In this document: piece after piece, positions 24,341 to 35,460 of the stretch | How positions within the stretch are numbered: position 1 is the first letter of the stretch | Layout of the letters: each line of letters begins with the position of its first letter | Source of the DNA: Callorhinchus milii | Lineage: Eukaryota | Assembly (NCBI RefSeq): GCF_018977255.1 | Contig: NW_024704743.1 | Span: 105,340,001 to 105,404,000 of the forward strand | Direction of reading: 5' to 3' | DNA length: 64,000 nt | Made by a program: the position numbers and the translations under genes | Notes under the pieces: model-generated | Databases searched by the model: none | The model's input: the letters and a program-made list of their open reading frames with translations, nothing else | Told to the model about the DNA's origin: nothing

Positions 24341-24899
24341 GATTTGTATTAGATTTATAAAGCCTTTTAGGTATCTTCTACAAACGTTTTAGAGTATTTC
24401 AAGTAAAATAAAAGTACAAATAGTTGCTCGACTTTAACTAAGTAAAACATTATTGACTAGATCGGGTTGTAATCACCCAATCAAAATTGCACATTTATTG
24501 AAAAGTGATGAAACGCAAGGGTTATTCTGCTTAAAAACGCAAAATACTGCGGATGCTGGAAATCTGAAACAAAAAAAAAACAGAAGTCGCTGGGAATCAA
24601 ATGTGAGGCAAAGGTTATTCCGCTTTGCCTCGCATTTGACCATCTTAAACCTGCACATCCACATGTAATTGTAAGACAAAACACTGTATTGCAAATCGTC
24701 AACAACTCAAGAAACACCCCCAGTAGGTTAATGTTTCGGACGTGATGACCCCCCCACTTGTATTCTGATGATAGGTTATAGCGGACAGATTAACATGTTG
24801 GCTGCTCTTTTAGATGTTGGTTGATTTAGTGGGGATGTGGTGGGTGGGATGTGCTGCCATCACCATGTTTTCACCAAAAACGGCCTATTGCACAGGACA

Positions 24900-25700
24900 A
24901 CACAACACAGCATTGCGCCATATAGTAAACAGCCAAACTCACCCTTCCCGTCCCGATTACCCAGAGACTGAGTGAGTTTCCACAACTCCGGCAAAGGGCG
25001 GCGACATGTCGAGGGGCTGAGTCATCGCCGGGAATAAAGTGTTGCCCAAAACACTCGGTGGGGGGTCGGTCACTGTCAGAGCGGCGACTCACTGACCCAC
25101 AGCCCAGAGCTCAGGCCGGACAACTACCCACAAACCCCGCTCCCCGGCTCCGCCCCCGCACACAGCCCCCGGTCCCCTCCCTCACGGGCAGTGAGGGGGG
25201 TTAGGCCCCGTGTCCCCGGGACCCTCCTCCTCGCTCTCCCCGGGTTACTGACCTCCAGCCGAGCAGGGACTCGCTCCCCTTCGCCTCACGCCGTCTTGTC
25301 CGCGGCTCCAGGCCCCGCCTCCTCTGGGCCTGGGCCTCGGTGACTCTCGGCCCCCAGGCCCCGGGCTGGCCTTGTATCTGCTGGGCTCCCAGGCCCAGGG
25401 TGTCGGGCCCAGGCTCAGGCCCGGGGTCTGTGCGTGTCGTGTCCTGGTCTCCTCCCTCCGGAGCCTTGTGTCTCGGGGTCTCTGGGGTTTTTTTTTTGTT
25501 CCGTGTCTCTTGGAGGCTTCGTGTTTCCCTTTCTCTCCTGTTTGTGTTGAGCGTCGTGTTTGCGGGGGTCGGTGGGCGGGTGTTGTGCGAGAGGTCTCGT
25601 TGTGGGCGCGTCTGTTTTCTGCGTCCAAACCCCTGTTCGACACGGGGGTGTGTGTGTGCCTCGTCTGTGTATCGGAGCCTTTTGGGTGTCGGTCTGTCGT
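24900..25700 (-). promoter_or_regulatory. CpG island, proximal part; probable RB1CC1 first-exon/intron-1 region with candidate donor GAG|GTCAGT at 25253
   Basis: Abrupt GC- and CpG-rich segment in a CpG-poor genome, with GC boxes (CCCCGCCT, CCGCCCC), upstream of the first coding exon. Confidence 0.7.
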
Positions 25701-27130
25701 GTGTGTCAGAGCCTGTTATTTATTGTGTGTGTGAGTCTTGTGTCATCGCCTGTTGTTATGCGTGTGTCAAGTGTATCAGAGTCTGTCGTCTCTCTCTGCG
25801 AGAGCTTCTTGTTGCATGTGTCAGTGCATCAGAGCCTGTTGTCTCTCTCTCTCATTGTAAGAGCCTCTTGTTGTTGTTGTTGTGTGTCTCTGCATCAGCC
25901 CGTTGTCTTGTCTGTCTCTGTGTGAGAGCCTCTTGGTGTGTGTCGGTTTATCGGAGACTGTTGTCTCTCTGTGGAGAGCCTCTTGTTGTTGTGTGTGTGT
26001 GTGTGTGTTGTGTCAGTGTATCAGAGCCTGGTGTGTGTCCCTGTGTGAGAGCCTCTTGCTGTTGTGTGTGTGTGTTGTGTCAGTGTATCAGAGCCTGGTG
26101 TGTGTCCCTGTGTGAGAGCCTCTTGCTGTTGTGTGTGTCAGTGTGTGTGTGTGTGTGTTGTGTCAGTGTATCAGAGCCTGGTGTGTGTCCCTGTGTGAGA
26201 GCCTCTTGGTGTTGTGTGTGTCAGTGTGTCAGTGTGTGTGTGTTGTGTCAGTGTATCAGAGCCTGGTGTGTGTCCCTGTGTGAGAGCCTCTTGCTGTTGT
26301 GTGTGTCAGTGTGTGTGTGTGTGTGTTGTGTCAGTGTATCAGAGCCTGGTGTGTGTCCCTGTGTGAGAGCCTCTTGGTGTTGTGTGTGTGTGTGTGTGTT
26401 GTGTCAGTGTATCAGAGCCTGGTGTGTGTCCCTGTGTGAGAGCCTCTTGGTGTTGTGTGTGTCAGTGTGTGTGTGTGTGTGTGTTGTGTCAGTGTATCAG
26501 AGCCTGGTGTGTGTCCCTGTGTGAGAGCCTCTTGCTGTTGTGTGTGTCAGTGTGTGTGTGTGTGTGTTGTGTCAGTGTATCAGAGCCTGGTGTGTGTCCC
26601 TGTGTGAGAGCCTCTTGGTGTTGTGTGTGTCAGTGTGTGTGTGTGTGTGTTGTGTCAGTGTATCAGAGCCTGGTGTGTGTCCCTGTGTGAGAGCCTCTTG
26701 GTGTTGTGTGTGTCAGTGTGTGTGTGTGTGTTGTGTCAGTGTATCAGAGCCTGGTGTGTGTCCCTGTGTGAGAGCCTCTTGGTGTTGTGTGTGTCAGTGT
26801 GTGTGTGTGTTGTGTCAGTGTATCAGAGCCTGGTGTGTGTCCCTGTGTGAGAGCCTCTTGGTGTTGTGTGTGTCAGTGTGTGTGTGTGTGTGTTGTGTCA
26901 GTGTATCAGAGCCTGGTGTGTGTCCCTGTGTGAGAGCCTCTTGGTGTTGTGTGTGTCAGTGTGTGTGTGTGTTGTGTCAGTGTATCAGAGCCTGGTGTGT
27001 GTCCCTGTGTGAGAGCCTCTTGCTGTTGTGTGTGTGTGTTGTGTCAGTGTATCAGAGCCTGGTGTGTGTGTCTGTGTGAGAGCCTCTTGCTGTTGTGCGT
27101 GTGTCAGTGTATCAGCGCCTGTTCTCTCAG
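25680..27130. repeat. Minisatellite domain A: 14 copies of a roughly 67-85 bp unit GTGTCAGTGTATCAGAGCCTGGTGTGTGTCCCTGTGTGAGAGCCTCTTG(C/G)TGTT(GT)n, with a degenerate left flank
   Basis: Counted 14 copies of GTATCAGAGCCTGG between about 26017 and 27062. Confidence 0.95.
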
Positions 27131-28065
27131 TCTCTCACCGTGAGAGCCTCTTTTTGTGGTTAGTATCAGTGAGTGTTGTGTGTATGTATGTCAGTGTGAG
27201 AGCCTCTTGCTATGTCAGTGTATCACAGCCTGTTGTTGTGTGTCACTGTGTTGTATGTGTCAGTGTGTGTGTGTCATATGTCAGTGTGTGTCAGTGTGGT
27301 GTGTGTGTATCAGAGCATGTTGTCTCTTTCTCTCACCGTGAGAGCCTCTTGTGTGTGTGTGTGTGTATCAGTGTGTGGTGTGTGTTGTCTCTCTCACCGT
27401 GAGAGCCTCTTGTTGTTGTTGTTGGTGGTGGTGTGTGTGGTGTGTGTGTGTGTGTCAGTGTGTGGTGTGTGTTGTCTCTCACCGTGAGAGGTTGTTGTTG
27501 GTGGTGTGTGTGTCAGTGTGTGTTGTCTCACCGTGAGAGCCTCTTGTTGTTGGTGGTGGTGGTGGTGGTGTGTGTGTGTCAGTGTGTGGTATGTGTTGTC
27601 TCTCACAGTGAGAGCCTCTTGTTGTTGTTGGTGGTGGTGTGTGTGTTGTCTCTCACCGTGAGAGGTTGTTGTTGGTGGTGTGTGTGTCAGTGTGTGGTGT
27701 GTGTTGTCTCTCACCGTGAGAGGTTGTTGTTGGTGGTGTGTGTGTCAGTGTGTGTTGTCCCACAGTGAGAGCCTCTTGTTGTTGTTGTTGGTGGTGGTGT
27801 GTGTGTTGTCTCTCACCGTGAGAGGTTGTTGTTGGTGGTGTGTGTGTCAGTGTGTGGTGTGTGTTGTCTCTCACCGTGAGAGGTTGTTTTTGGTGGTGTG
27901 TGTGTGTCAGTGTGTGTTGTCTCACCGTGAGAGCCTCTTGTTGTTGTTATTGTTGTTGGTGGTGTGTGTGTCGGTGTATGTTGTCTCTCACCGTGAGAGG
28001 TTGTTGTTGGTGGTGTGTGTGTGTCAGTGTGTGTTGTCTCACCGTGAGAGCCTCTTGTTGTTGTT
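27130..28065. repeat. Minisatellite domain B: units built on the palindrome CTCTCAC-C-GTGAGAG plus (TTG)n(GTG)n(GT)n
   Basis: 12 exact CTCACCGTGAGAG copies plus 2 CACAGTGAGAG variants. Confidence 0.95.
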
Positions 28066-28069
28066 CTGA

Positions 28070-28290
28070 TGTTAATGAAGTGCTGACATCAGCTCTGACG
28101 ACAGCCCCTCGCACTGCATTGTGGGCAGAGTCGGCTCAGCCGCGCGGCGGGAGGTCACGGGGACAAATCCATTCACTCACTTTCATTCATTCATTTTTTT
28201 CGCTCACTCACTCACTCACTCACTCGCGCGCAGAGGCTGGTCTGCCCCCCCCCCCCCCCCCCCCCCGGGGTGAAGTGCACGGGCAGTGAC
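28070..28290 (-). promoter_or_regulatory. Probable RB1CC1 core promoter: ZNF143/Staf (SBS)-like site 28110-28128, CRE/MARE-like TGCTGACATCAGC 28081-28093, CpG cluster, C22 tract 28245-28266
   Basis: Minus-strand CTGCCCACAATGCAGTGCG fits the Staf consensus YYWCCCRNMATSCMYYRCR with 2 mismatches, in a CpG-rich context. Confidence 0.55.
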
Positions 28291-28360
28291 CCAGACCCAG
28301 ATGACGAACCCACCGAAGAGGAATGAAGTGCACCTTTCAGACTCCAATGGTTGTGGCTGC

Positions 28361-28529
28361 ATTTGCACAACATCTTGTAGGGTTGGTGGCACTGCTGTGC
28401 GTGGCGTTACAGGTCCCAGCATACAGGAGGCGTGGTGCTCAATTGATGGGGATGTATTGATGGGGTTGGAGAGACTGCATCTCAGGATATTCACCAGGAG
28501 TCATTGGGGTGCTCACAGTGACCTGGGAG
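28361..28529 (+). promoter_or_regulatory. snRNA-type promoter remnants: octamer-like ATTTGCAC (28361-28368, -211) and PSE-like TCACAGTGACCTGGGAG (28513-28529, -59)
   Basis: Spacing to U2 +1 (28572) matches the usual DSE (about -200 to -250) and PSE (about -50 to -65) positions of vertebrate Pol II snRNA genes. Confidence 0.55.
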
Positions 28530-28571
28530 GAGGGTGTGACATGTTTGGACACTTCCACGCAGGAAGGCACG

Positions 28572-28656
28572 ATTGCTTCTTGGCTAAGATCAAGTGTAAT
28601 ATCTATCCTTATCAGTTACTCCTTGGGCTGTGCAGTTCCTGCCAGTAAGCTCTGCC
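28572..28656 (+). pseudogene. RNU2: Degraded U2 snRNA gene copy: U2 nt 1-54 with an 8-nt deletion, then a possible 3' stem-loop IV remnant
   Basis: ATTGCTTCT/TGGCTAAGATCAAGTGTAATATCTATCCTTATCAGTT versus U2 ATCGCTTCTCGGCCTTTTGGCTAAGATCAAGTGTAGTATCTGTTCTTATCAGTT gives 42/46 aligned identity. TGCAGTTCCTGCCAGTAA resembles U2 TGCAGTACCTCCAGGAA. Confidence 0.85.
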
Positions 28657-28685
28657 TTTAGGGTCTCAAGAGTCCTGAGACTTGT

Positions 28686-28850
28686 GGAGTCCTGTAGCTT
28701 AGTTGTTCGAGCACTTGTAAGCGAGAGGACCAATTCCCAGGCAAGGTGAAACGTTGGCCAAGTTTTATTACTCCACATACCTCTATTTGCCTTGCAATAA
28801 GGAGGAACCCGGTTATTAGTTGATTGGTGGTGGCTGTTCCAGGGGTAATA
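28686..28850 (+). mobile_element. Same SINE, long subfamily, 5' half
   Basis: GGAGTCCTGTAGCTTAG head through GGAACCCGGTTATTAG. Confidence 0.8.
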
Positions 28851-28854
28851 AACA

Positions 28855-29265
28855 TTTTGCCTATCTGTGAGCGTGGCTCCTGCCTTCTCATCCTCCTTGA
28901 CCTCTGTTGGCTTCGATATCGTTGACCACTCTATCCTCCTCCACCACCTCTCTTACCTCAACCTTCAAGGTTCTGTCCTTCAATGGTTCACATCCTACCT
29001 CTCACACTGTCACACTCTCCACTTCATCTCCACAAACGGCTTCTCTAACCCATCCCTTGCCTCCTTCAAGACCCATCTTGAGACCTTGCTCTTCAACCAT
29101 GTCTTCGATCACTCTGCTTCCCCACCCCCGTCCTCCACCCTCCCCAATCCCAACCTTCAGCTCAGGTCTGAAACTGTCCAGCACTTTGGGACTTCCTCGT
29201 GATGTCTGGCGTAGAGGGCGCTATATAAATCCAAGTTGTTGTTGTACAAATGTAATTTTGTTATT
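28855..29265 (+). mobile_element. Internally deleted L2 (RT piece joined to 3' tail)
   Basis: FDIVDHSILLHHLS...WFTSYLS fused to the 3' end; TTG tail. Confidence 0.85.
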
Positions 29266-29414
29266 GATGTTACTCCAGTGCACTGCTCCAGGAGTTTTGC
29301 ATTGTCAGAGATGTCATTCTTTGGATGACACAAACCAAGTTTTTGTTGGCTCGTTCCCAAGGACATCTTTTGCAAACTTTGCTCTGATGCAATCCGCTCG
29401 TGGAGCAGAGTTTA

Positions 29415-29780
29415 TAATAATAATAAATCTTGCATTTGATATAGTGCCTTATCACATCATTGAGATGTCTCAAAGCTCTTCATAGAGTATACTGTAAAGT
29501 GAATTGACTGTATATTTGTTGACAGCGAAACACGGTAGCCAGTCTTGCATTGCAGTGTCCCATCGTGGATTGAGTGACCTATTTATTTTTTTATTTTTTT
29601 TGAAGGAATTACTACCCCGCAGAAAAGCCATCCGCAAATTGATTAACAACTGGGTTCCTACTTACTGCTAGGTAAACAGAGGCATGTGGAGTAAGGCAAC
29701 TTGCCCAATCTTTTGCCTTGCTGGGAATCGAACCTAGGTTTCTCGCTTGCAAGGCGAGTGCTTTAAACACTGAGCTACAG
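29415..29780 (-). mobile_element. Same SINE, long subfamily
   Basis: Reverse complement of the long form. Confidence 0.88.
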
Positions 29781-30147
29781 TATATTGGGTGGATATACAA
29801 ACAAGAATGTGTAATACCCTAAAAAAACATGCTGTACTTAAGGGGCATGTTCATAATTCTTGAGTACATTTAGTCCAATGAGTGGTGATGAACTCCTGTT
29901 GATGCCAAATTACTGTGTACCAACGGTGCCTTGCTAGTTAACCATTTTAATGGGTTTGACAGGCTGGCACTCATTTCAAATAATTGCTATAATGTTCAAA
30001 GCTCAAGGGCATGAAAACCAAGTATATCAAGAACAGATAGTCAACATTAATTTTATTATCCTCCAGCACCAAGACTACCTCACTGTAATTGACTTCACTA
30101 AAATGTTCATTATGGGACTTCAATCCCAATATTCACTCCTTTATCAT

Positions 30148-31117
30148 TAGGGTATCAGGTTTGTCGTGGTAAAAAATATCACGGATACAGTGATTTTTCT
30201 ATTTGTCCGTGACTTTCTGTGGGATTTTCTTTGTGTCTATGATTTTCATAAAGTGCATTGATAAACATTCCTATCACTGCCCATTGATCTTCCTCTGAGC
30301 TACCTTGGCCTTTTTATGGTGCATGTCCTTTTCAAACTAAGTCTACTTTTGTAGTTGTTGTGCTCAGCATTTCTACGCATGCTTCAAACTCTCTTGCGAT
30401 TATTCAGAACTCTGCAGTTCATCCAGGCTTTCCAAGCCCTTCATGGCATTTGCTCCTGACCTCTGAGCAGCTAACTCCATAATGACCTGTCCATTCCCTC
30501 CGCTCAATGGGCTCTAGTCTGCTCCATGTACCCCAAACCTGCCTGCCCCACCATCGGTGGTCAGGCCTTTCTGCCCCCATCCTCTGGAACTTCATCCCAC
30601 AGTCCCTTCACCTCACCGCCCTACTTGTTTCCTTCAACATAAGAACATAAATGCTAAAAGAAAAAAGACCAAGGTCCATCTAGTTCACCTTCCAGCACGC
30701 ATGCACATATGTCCCAAACTACCTATGTACTATATCCCATAATGTTATACCAAGGCCCGGCTCAAAATCTTCCTCTTCAACCACGGCTTTGGTCACCTTT
30801 CTACCCCTACTCTCCCTGGCCTTCCTGATACCAACCCTCAGCTCGGGTGCAAATCCTCCCAACTTGAAAGCCGATATACAAATTTGTTTTTGTTGCCATT
30901 TTATCAGCCCGTGATAGCTTCGCTAGCACTCTGTGCTCTGCCATAATTAGGGGAGGGAAGGATGACAGGTGTTTTACCCCAGCTCCGTGCAGAGTACCTA
31001 TGTTGAATTTTCATACCCATGACTACACAACATTTCTTCTTAAACCCGTGACTTCTATTAAATTTACCGTTTGCTCCATGATTTGTGCTGCGTTGCTATG
31101 ACGAATCTGCAGCCCTT
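30148..31117. mobile_element. Possible non-autonomous hAT-like DNA transposon with nested L2/CR1 pieces
   Basis: Imperfect TIRs TAGGGTATCAGGTTTGTCGTGG / CTATGACGAATCTGCAGCCCTT, repeated subterminal CCGTGA/CCATGA motifs, and a 6/8-matching 8-bp TSD (TTTATCAT/ATCATCAT). Confidence 0.4.
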
Positions 31118-31473
31118 ATCATCATGTCAGTATACTCAGACCTACAGTCAGAATCCAGGTTGAAGTACTGTATTTTCGGCTCCCCTACCATTTGCAAAAT
31201 TGCCCTGTTTATGTTATAAAGTGGTTTAAAAATAGGAAGGGATGAAATACACTAGAAACAAAAAGGCTGTCACAAACCTACCTGTCTCCAGCAAATAAAG
31301 CTTCATTCATCTCAATGGCTTGCATTTCACTCAAATATCCCATCTTGTGTAAAAAAAAATGAATTGGAATACAATTAATGCAAAAATGCAGAAATGTTCA
31401 ATGGTGGAAATTGTGAGGTGTGATGTCATAGTTATCACTGGTAATATATAGTTGAAAATGAGAGTTAAGATCA

Positions 31474-32064
31474 ATAATAAATAATAATTCTTGCATTTGT
31501 TATAGCGCTTTTCATGTCTTTTGGATGTTTCAAAGCTCGTCACAGAATATACTGTAAAATGAATTGACTCTATATTGTGGGGGAAACACAGCAGCCAATT
31601 GCGCACAGCAGTGTCCCACAAACAGTCGTGGGTTGAAGTGATGAATCTTATTGTTTTTTTTCTTGAGCGATTATTATTAGGCGTATGGAGTAAGAAACTT
31701 GTCAAAGGTTTTGCTCTGCTGAGAATCGAACCCAGGTCTCTCACTTGCAAGGTGAGTGCTCTAACCACTGCGCTACAGGACTCCTCAATCAATAGTTATA
31801 GTGGTAAGTAGGAACCCGGTTGTTAGTCAATTGGCAAATTGCTTTTCCAGGGATAATAATTTCTTCAAAAAAATAATAATAATAAATTGGTCACACAATC
31901 CCCAGCTGTTTATGGGGCACTGCTGTGCACAATTGGCTGCCGCGTTTTGCCCGCACAATGTACAGTCAATTCACTTCAAAATATATTTTGTGAAGCGCTT
32001 TGAGAAGTCTCCAAGACGTGATAAGGTGCTATTTCAAATACGAAGATTATTATTATTATTATTA
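31474..32064. mobile_element. Divergent SINE pair: short form 31474-31784 (-) and 5'-truncated long form 31803-32064 (+)
   Basis: Shared Deu domain and tails in opposite orientation. Confidence 0.87.
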
Positions 32065-32899
32065 TCGATTGTCCACCTTCCCTGGCTTTGACACAATGCT
32101 TGGGTCCAAAGCTGCTGACTGCTGCTCTTGGAGTTTCTGGCTGGAGTATCATTTGAGAACCACTTTGTGGGGTGCTATCCTAACAGAAAAAGAAGAGTTA
32201 AGCTGGTATCTGCATTCGACAACCTCACTAGTAACTGGCAGCGAACCAATCTTTGTGCCAGAGTCAGGGGAAGGGTTGGATTATCCAGAATTGACTGGTA
32301 TCTTTAAAATGGAGGTTGATAAATATTGTAGAGGGTTCCAAACTAAAGGGATGTGGTCTTCACATCCCTGGAACCAGGTATAATATGGTTCATTGAATCG
32401 CCTTCCCCTCCTTTGTCTTTTTCCTGCAGGCTGCTTGATGTTATCTTCCAGGTTGAGCAACCTGGTGGATAACACAATGAGTGCCCTGCCCCCTCTGTGC
32501 CACCTCTAGGCCCCTGTCACCATGTAAATGGACTGACCATGTCCGACTGACCGCCTGCTGCAAATCTTTGCCTGCGCATCTTGGTTGCTGCCCCCAGCCC
32601 CAGCGGTCCTTCCCCAAAAATGCCTCCATCCTTTCGACACACCCGCTCTGTGCTCTTCTCTCTCTGTCTTCCTTGCCTCCTATTCCCACTTGACCTTCCC
32701 ACAGTCTCCTCTGCTCCAGCCTGGGAATCCTCTGCCGGGCCCAACGTGGCGCTCGGGGTTGGCTGTCCAGCAGCAGCTACACTGACTGCCCCATTCCCCA
32801 CTATCACCACAAGCCCTGCTGGACCCAGAGCCAGAGCCCAGGGGCCAATCTCTCCTCCCTCATCCTCATTCCCATCCTCCCTGCCAATTAATCCATCGT

Positions 32900-33219
32900 G
32901 GAGTCCTGTAGCTCAGTGGTTAGAGCACTCGCTTTGCAAGCGAGAGACCTGAGTTCAATTCCAGGCAGGGCGAAACCTTGCGCAAGTTTCCTTACTCCAC
33001 ACGCCTAATAATAATCCCTCCAAAACCAAAAACAATAATAAAATTGGTCATTTTCAATCTACGACTGTTTGTGGGACATTGCTGTGCGCAATTGGCTGCC
33101 GCGTTCGCCCACAAATATACAGTCAATTCACTTTACAGTGTATTCTGTGAAGTGCTTTGGGACGTCCTCCCGACATGAAAAGCGCTATATCAAATGCAAG
33201 GATTATTATTATCATTATC
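32900..33219 (+). mobile_element. Young SINE (short form) nested in an L2
   Basis: Intact CpGs; nearly identical to the reverse complement of 47039-47349. Confidence 0.92.
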
Positions 33220-34343
33220 ACACCCTCCCATCTCACACATTCGCCAAGCAACTGTCCCCTCCGCATTGGCCTTCAAAATGTCCGCTCCCTCTGCAACAAA
33301 GCTCTGAACATCAATGACTGCATCGTTGATGAAAATATCGACATCATGGCCCTTACTGAAAACTGGATCACCCCAGGCAACACTTTCCCCCTCACTGAGG
33401 TTACATCATGGCTATACCTCCCACCATAACCCATGTCCCAACTGCTGTGGAAGTGGTGTGGCCCTCATCTCCAGGACCTCACTTGCACTATTCCCTTACT
33501 ACTCTGGCTCATTACCCTCATTTGAGTACCTTACACTCTACCATCCCTCCAAACTTTCCCTTAAAAGTTCTCCTAATTTACCCCCCCCAAAAAAAACTCA
33601 TCCACCTTCATCTCTGATGTCTCCACTCTCCTAGCTTCCCTCTGCCTCTGTTCTGAATGCCTCCTCATCCTCGGTGACTTCAACCTTCACTTAATCCCCT
33701 CCTGCTATATTTCCTCGAACTTCTTCTCTTTTCCTCTCACAACCTCTCCCTCCACGTCCACTCTGCCACTCATATTCATGACCACCCACTCGATCTGGTG
33801 ATTACCCAGGGCCTCAGTGTCTCGGATATCACCATCACAGACAAAGCCATCTCCGATCAACATTTCATCTCCTTTAACTCCTCAATCGCTCTCCCCACCA
33901 CCGACAAACCCACCTCCATCTCCTATTGCCCCTGGAAAAAAATCTCCCCGTAATCCCGCTCCGCTGCCCTGGATTCATCTGAACTCCTCCCCATCTGGCC
34001 TATCTCCTGCACTGATTTACCCTCCTCGCTCACTCTCCTCCACATCTCCCTCTCCACCACTCTTGATACCCCTCACATCCCGAAACGCCTCCTGCTCACG
34101 AACCTCACCCTGGTACAGCAGCCAGTCCCGCTCCCTCAAGAGTCAAGTGCAGGCTGCTGAATGCACCTGGCTCAAATCTGACCTAACTGTCCACATCAAA
34201 ACGTATCGCTCCGCCCTCGCCTCCGTCAAATTATCCTTCTATTCCAAGATAATCTTGGAAGTGAAGGACAACCGCAGGCTCCTATTCTCCACCACCAACC
34301 GACGCCTCCATCCACCCTCCCACATCTCGTCCATTCTCTCCTC

Positions 34344-35460
34344 AACAACAACTTCAACAACTTGGATTTATATAGCGACCTCCACGCCGGACAGCGTCTC
34401 AGAGCGCTTCACAGTAATGGAGCCTGGGGCTGAGCTAGGGGGAGGGGGAGGAAGGTGACCAAAGGCACGGTCAAAAAGAAAGGTCTTCAGCAGAGACCTG
34501 AAAATAGGAAGAGAGGGGGCGAGGCAAAGGGAGTGAGGAAGGGAGTTCCGGAGGCTCAGGGCATAGTGGCTGAAGACACGACTGCTGAGGGTGGAGCGGA
34601 GGCCTCGGGGGACAAGGAGGAGGCCAGACCCGGAGGAATGAAGGTAATGGGCACTGTTTTGAAGAGAGAGGAGGTCAGAGAGGTAGAGGGTGCAGAGGAG
34701 TGGAGGCATTTGAAGACAAGGGTGAGGATCTTGAAGTCAATCCTCTCTGGGACAGGCAGCCAGTGCAGTCTGGCAAGGACTGGGGTAATCGGGGAGCAGA
34801 GTTTGGTACGGGTGAGAATGCGGGCGGCAGAGTTTTGAATAATCTGCATTTTATTGTAGAGGAGGGGAGGCTGGCGAGGTAGGACGTTAGAATAGTCCAG
34901 CCGAGAGGAGACAAAGGCATGGACCAGGGTTTCAGTGGCTTTCGGAGAGAGGTATTGGCGGAGATGAGCGATGGTTGGAGGTGGCAGAAAGCAGTGCTGC
35001 TGAGGGACCAGATGTGGGGGAGGAAGGATAATTGGAGATCGAACCTGACGCCTAGATTGCGTATGGGTTCAGAGAGTTTTAGAGGGAGGTCGGGTAGGTG
35101 GAGGAGGTGAGAACCGTGAGATTTTAGACGTTGACGCGAGCTGAAGAGTATGGCTTCCGTCTTGTCAACGTTCAGCTGAAGGAAATTTGTGCTCATCCAT
35201 CTCCTGAGGTCTGACAGGCAGGCTGACAGAACATCAGGGGACTGGGGGTCACAAAATGAAGTGGAAAAATAGAGTTGGGTGTCGTCCACATACATGTGGA
35301 AATGTACCCCATGTCTGCGGATGACATCCCCAAGAGGGAGCATGTAGATCAGAAAGAGGAGCGGCCAAGGATGGATCCTTGGGGTACCCGCAGGTGACTA
35401 GGTGAGAGCGGGAGGAGAAGCCATTTGTGCAGATGTACTGTTGGCAGTTTGTGAGGTGAC
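34344..35460 (-). mobile_element. L2 3' fragment, second subfamily (tail ...GCGCTCTGAGACGCTGTCCGGCGTGGAGGTCGC...)
   Basis: ORFs with YVDDTQLY, FLQLNVDKTE, LHWLPVPERIDFK. Confidence 0.92.

Noticed and set aside
25980..28065. CRISPR-like repeat-spacer array
   Set aside because: The spacers are themselves (GT)n/(TTG)n repeats, the context is vertebrate, and there are no cas genes.
25340..28289. Long Cys/Val-rich ORFs (e.g. 394 aa at 25340..26524)
   Set aside because: Translation artefacts of the (GT)-rich satellite, open in several frames.
29275..29310. Second U2 3'-end-like match (TGCACTGCTCCAGGAG...TGCA)
   Set aside because: Better explained as part of the older DeuSINE body, which continues on both sides.
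32080..32475. Possible decayed coding fragment on the minus strand (RLLNLEDNIK.../FGTLYNIYQPPF...)
   Set aside because: Three stops and a frameshift in about 120 codons, with no recognisable homology. Needs BLASTX.
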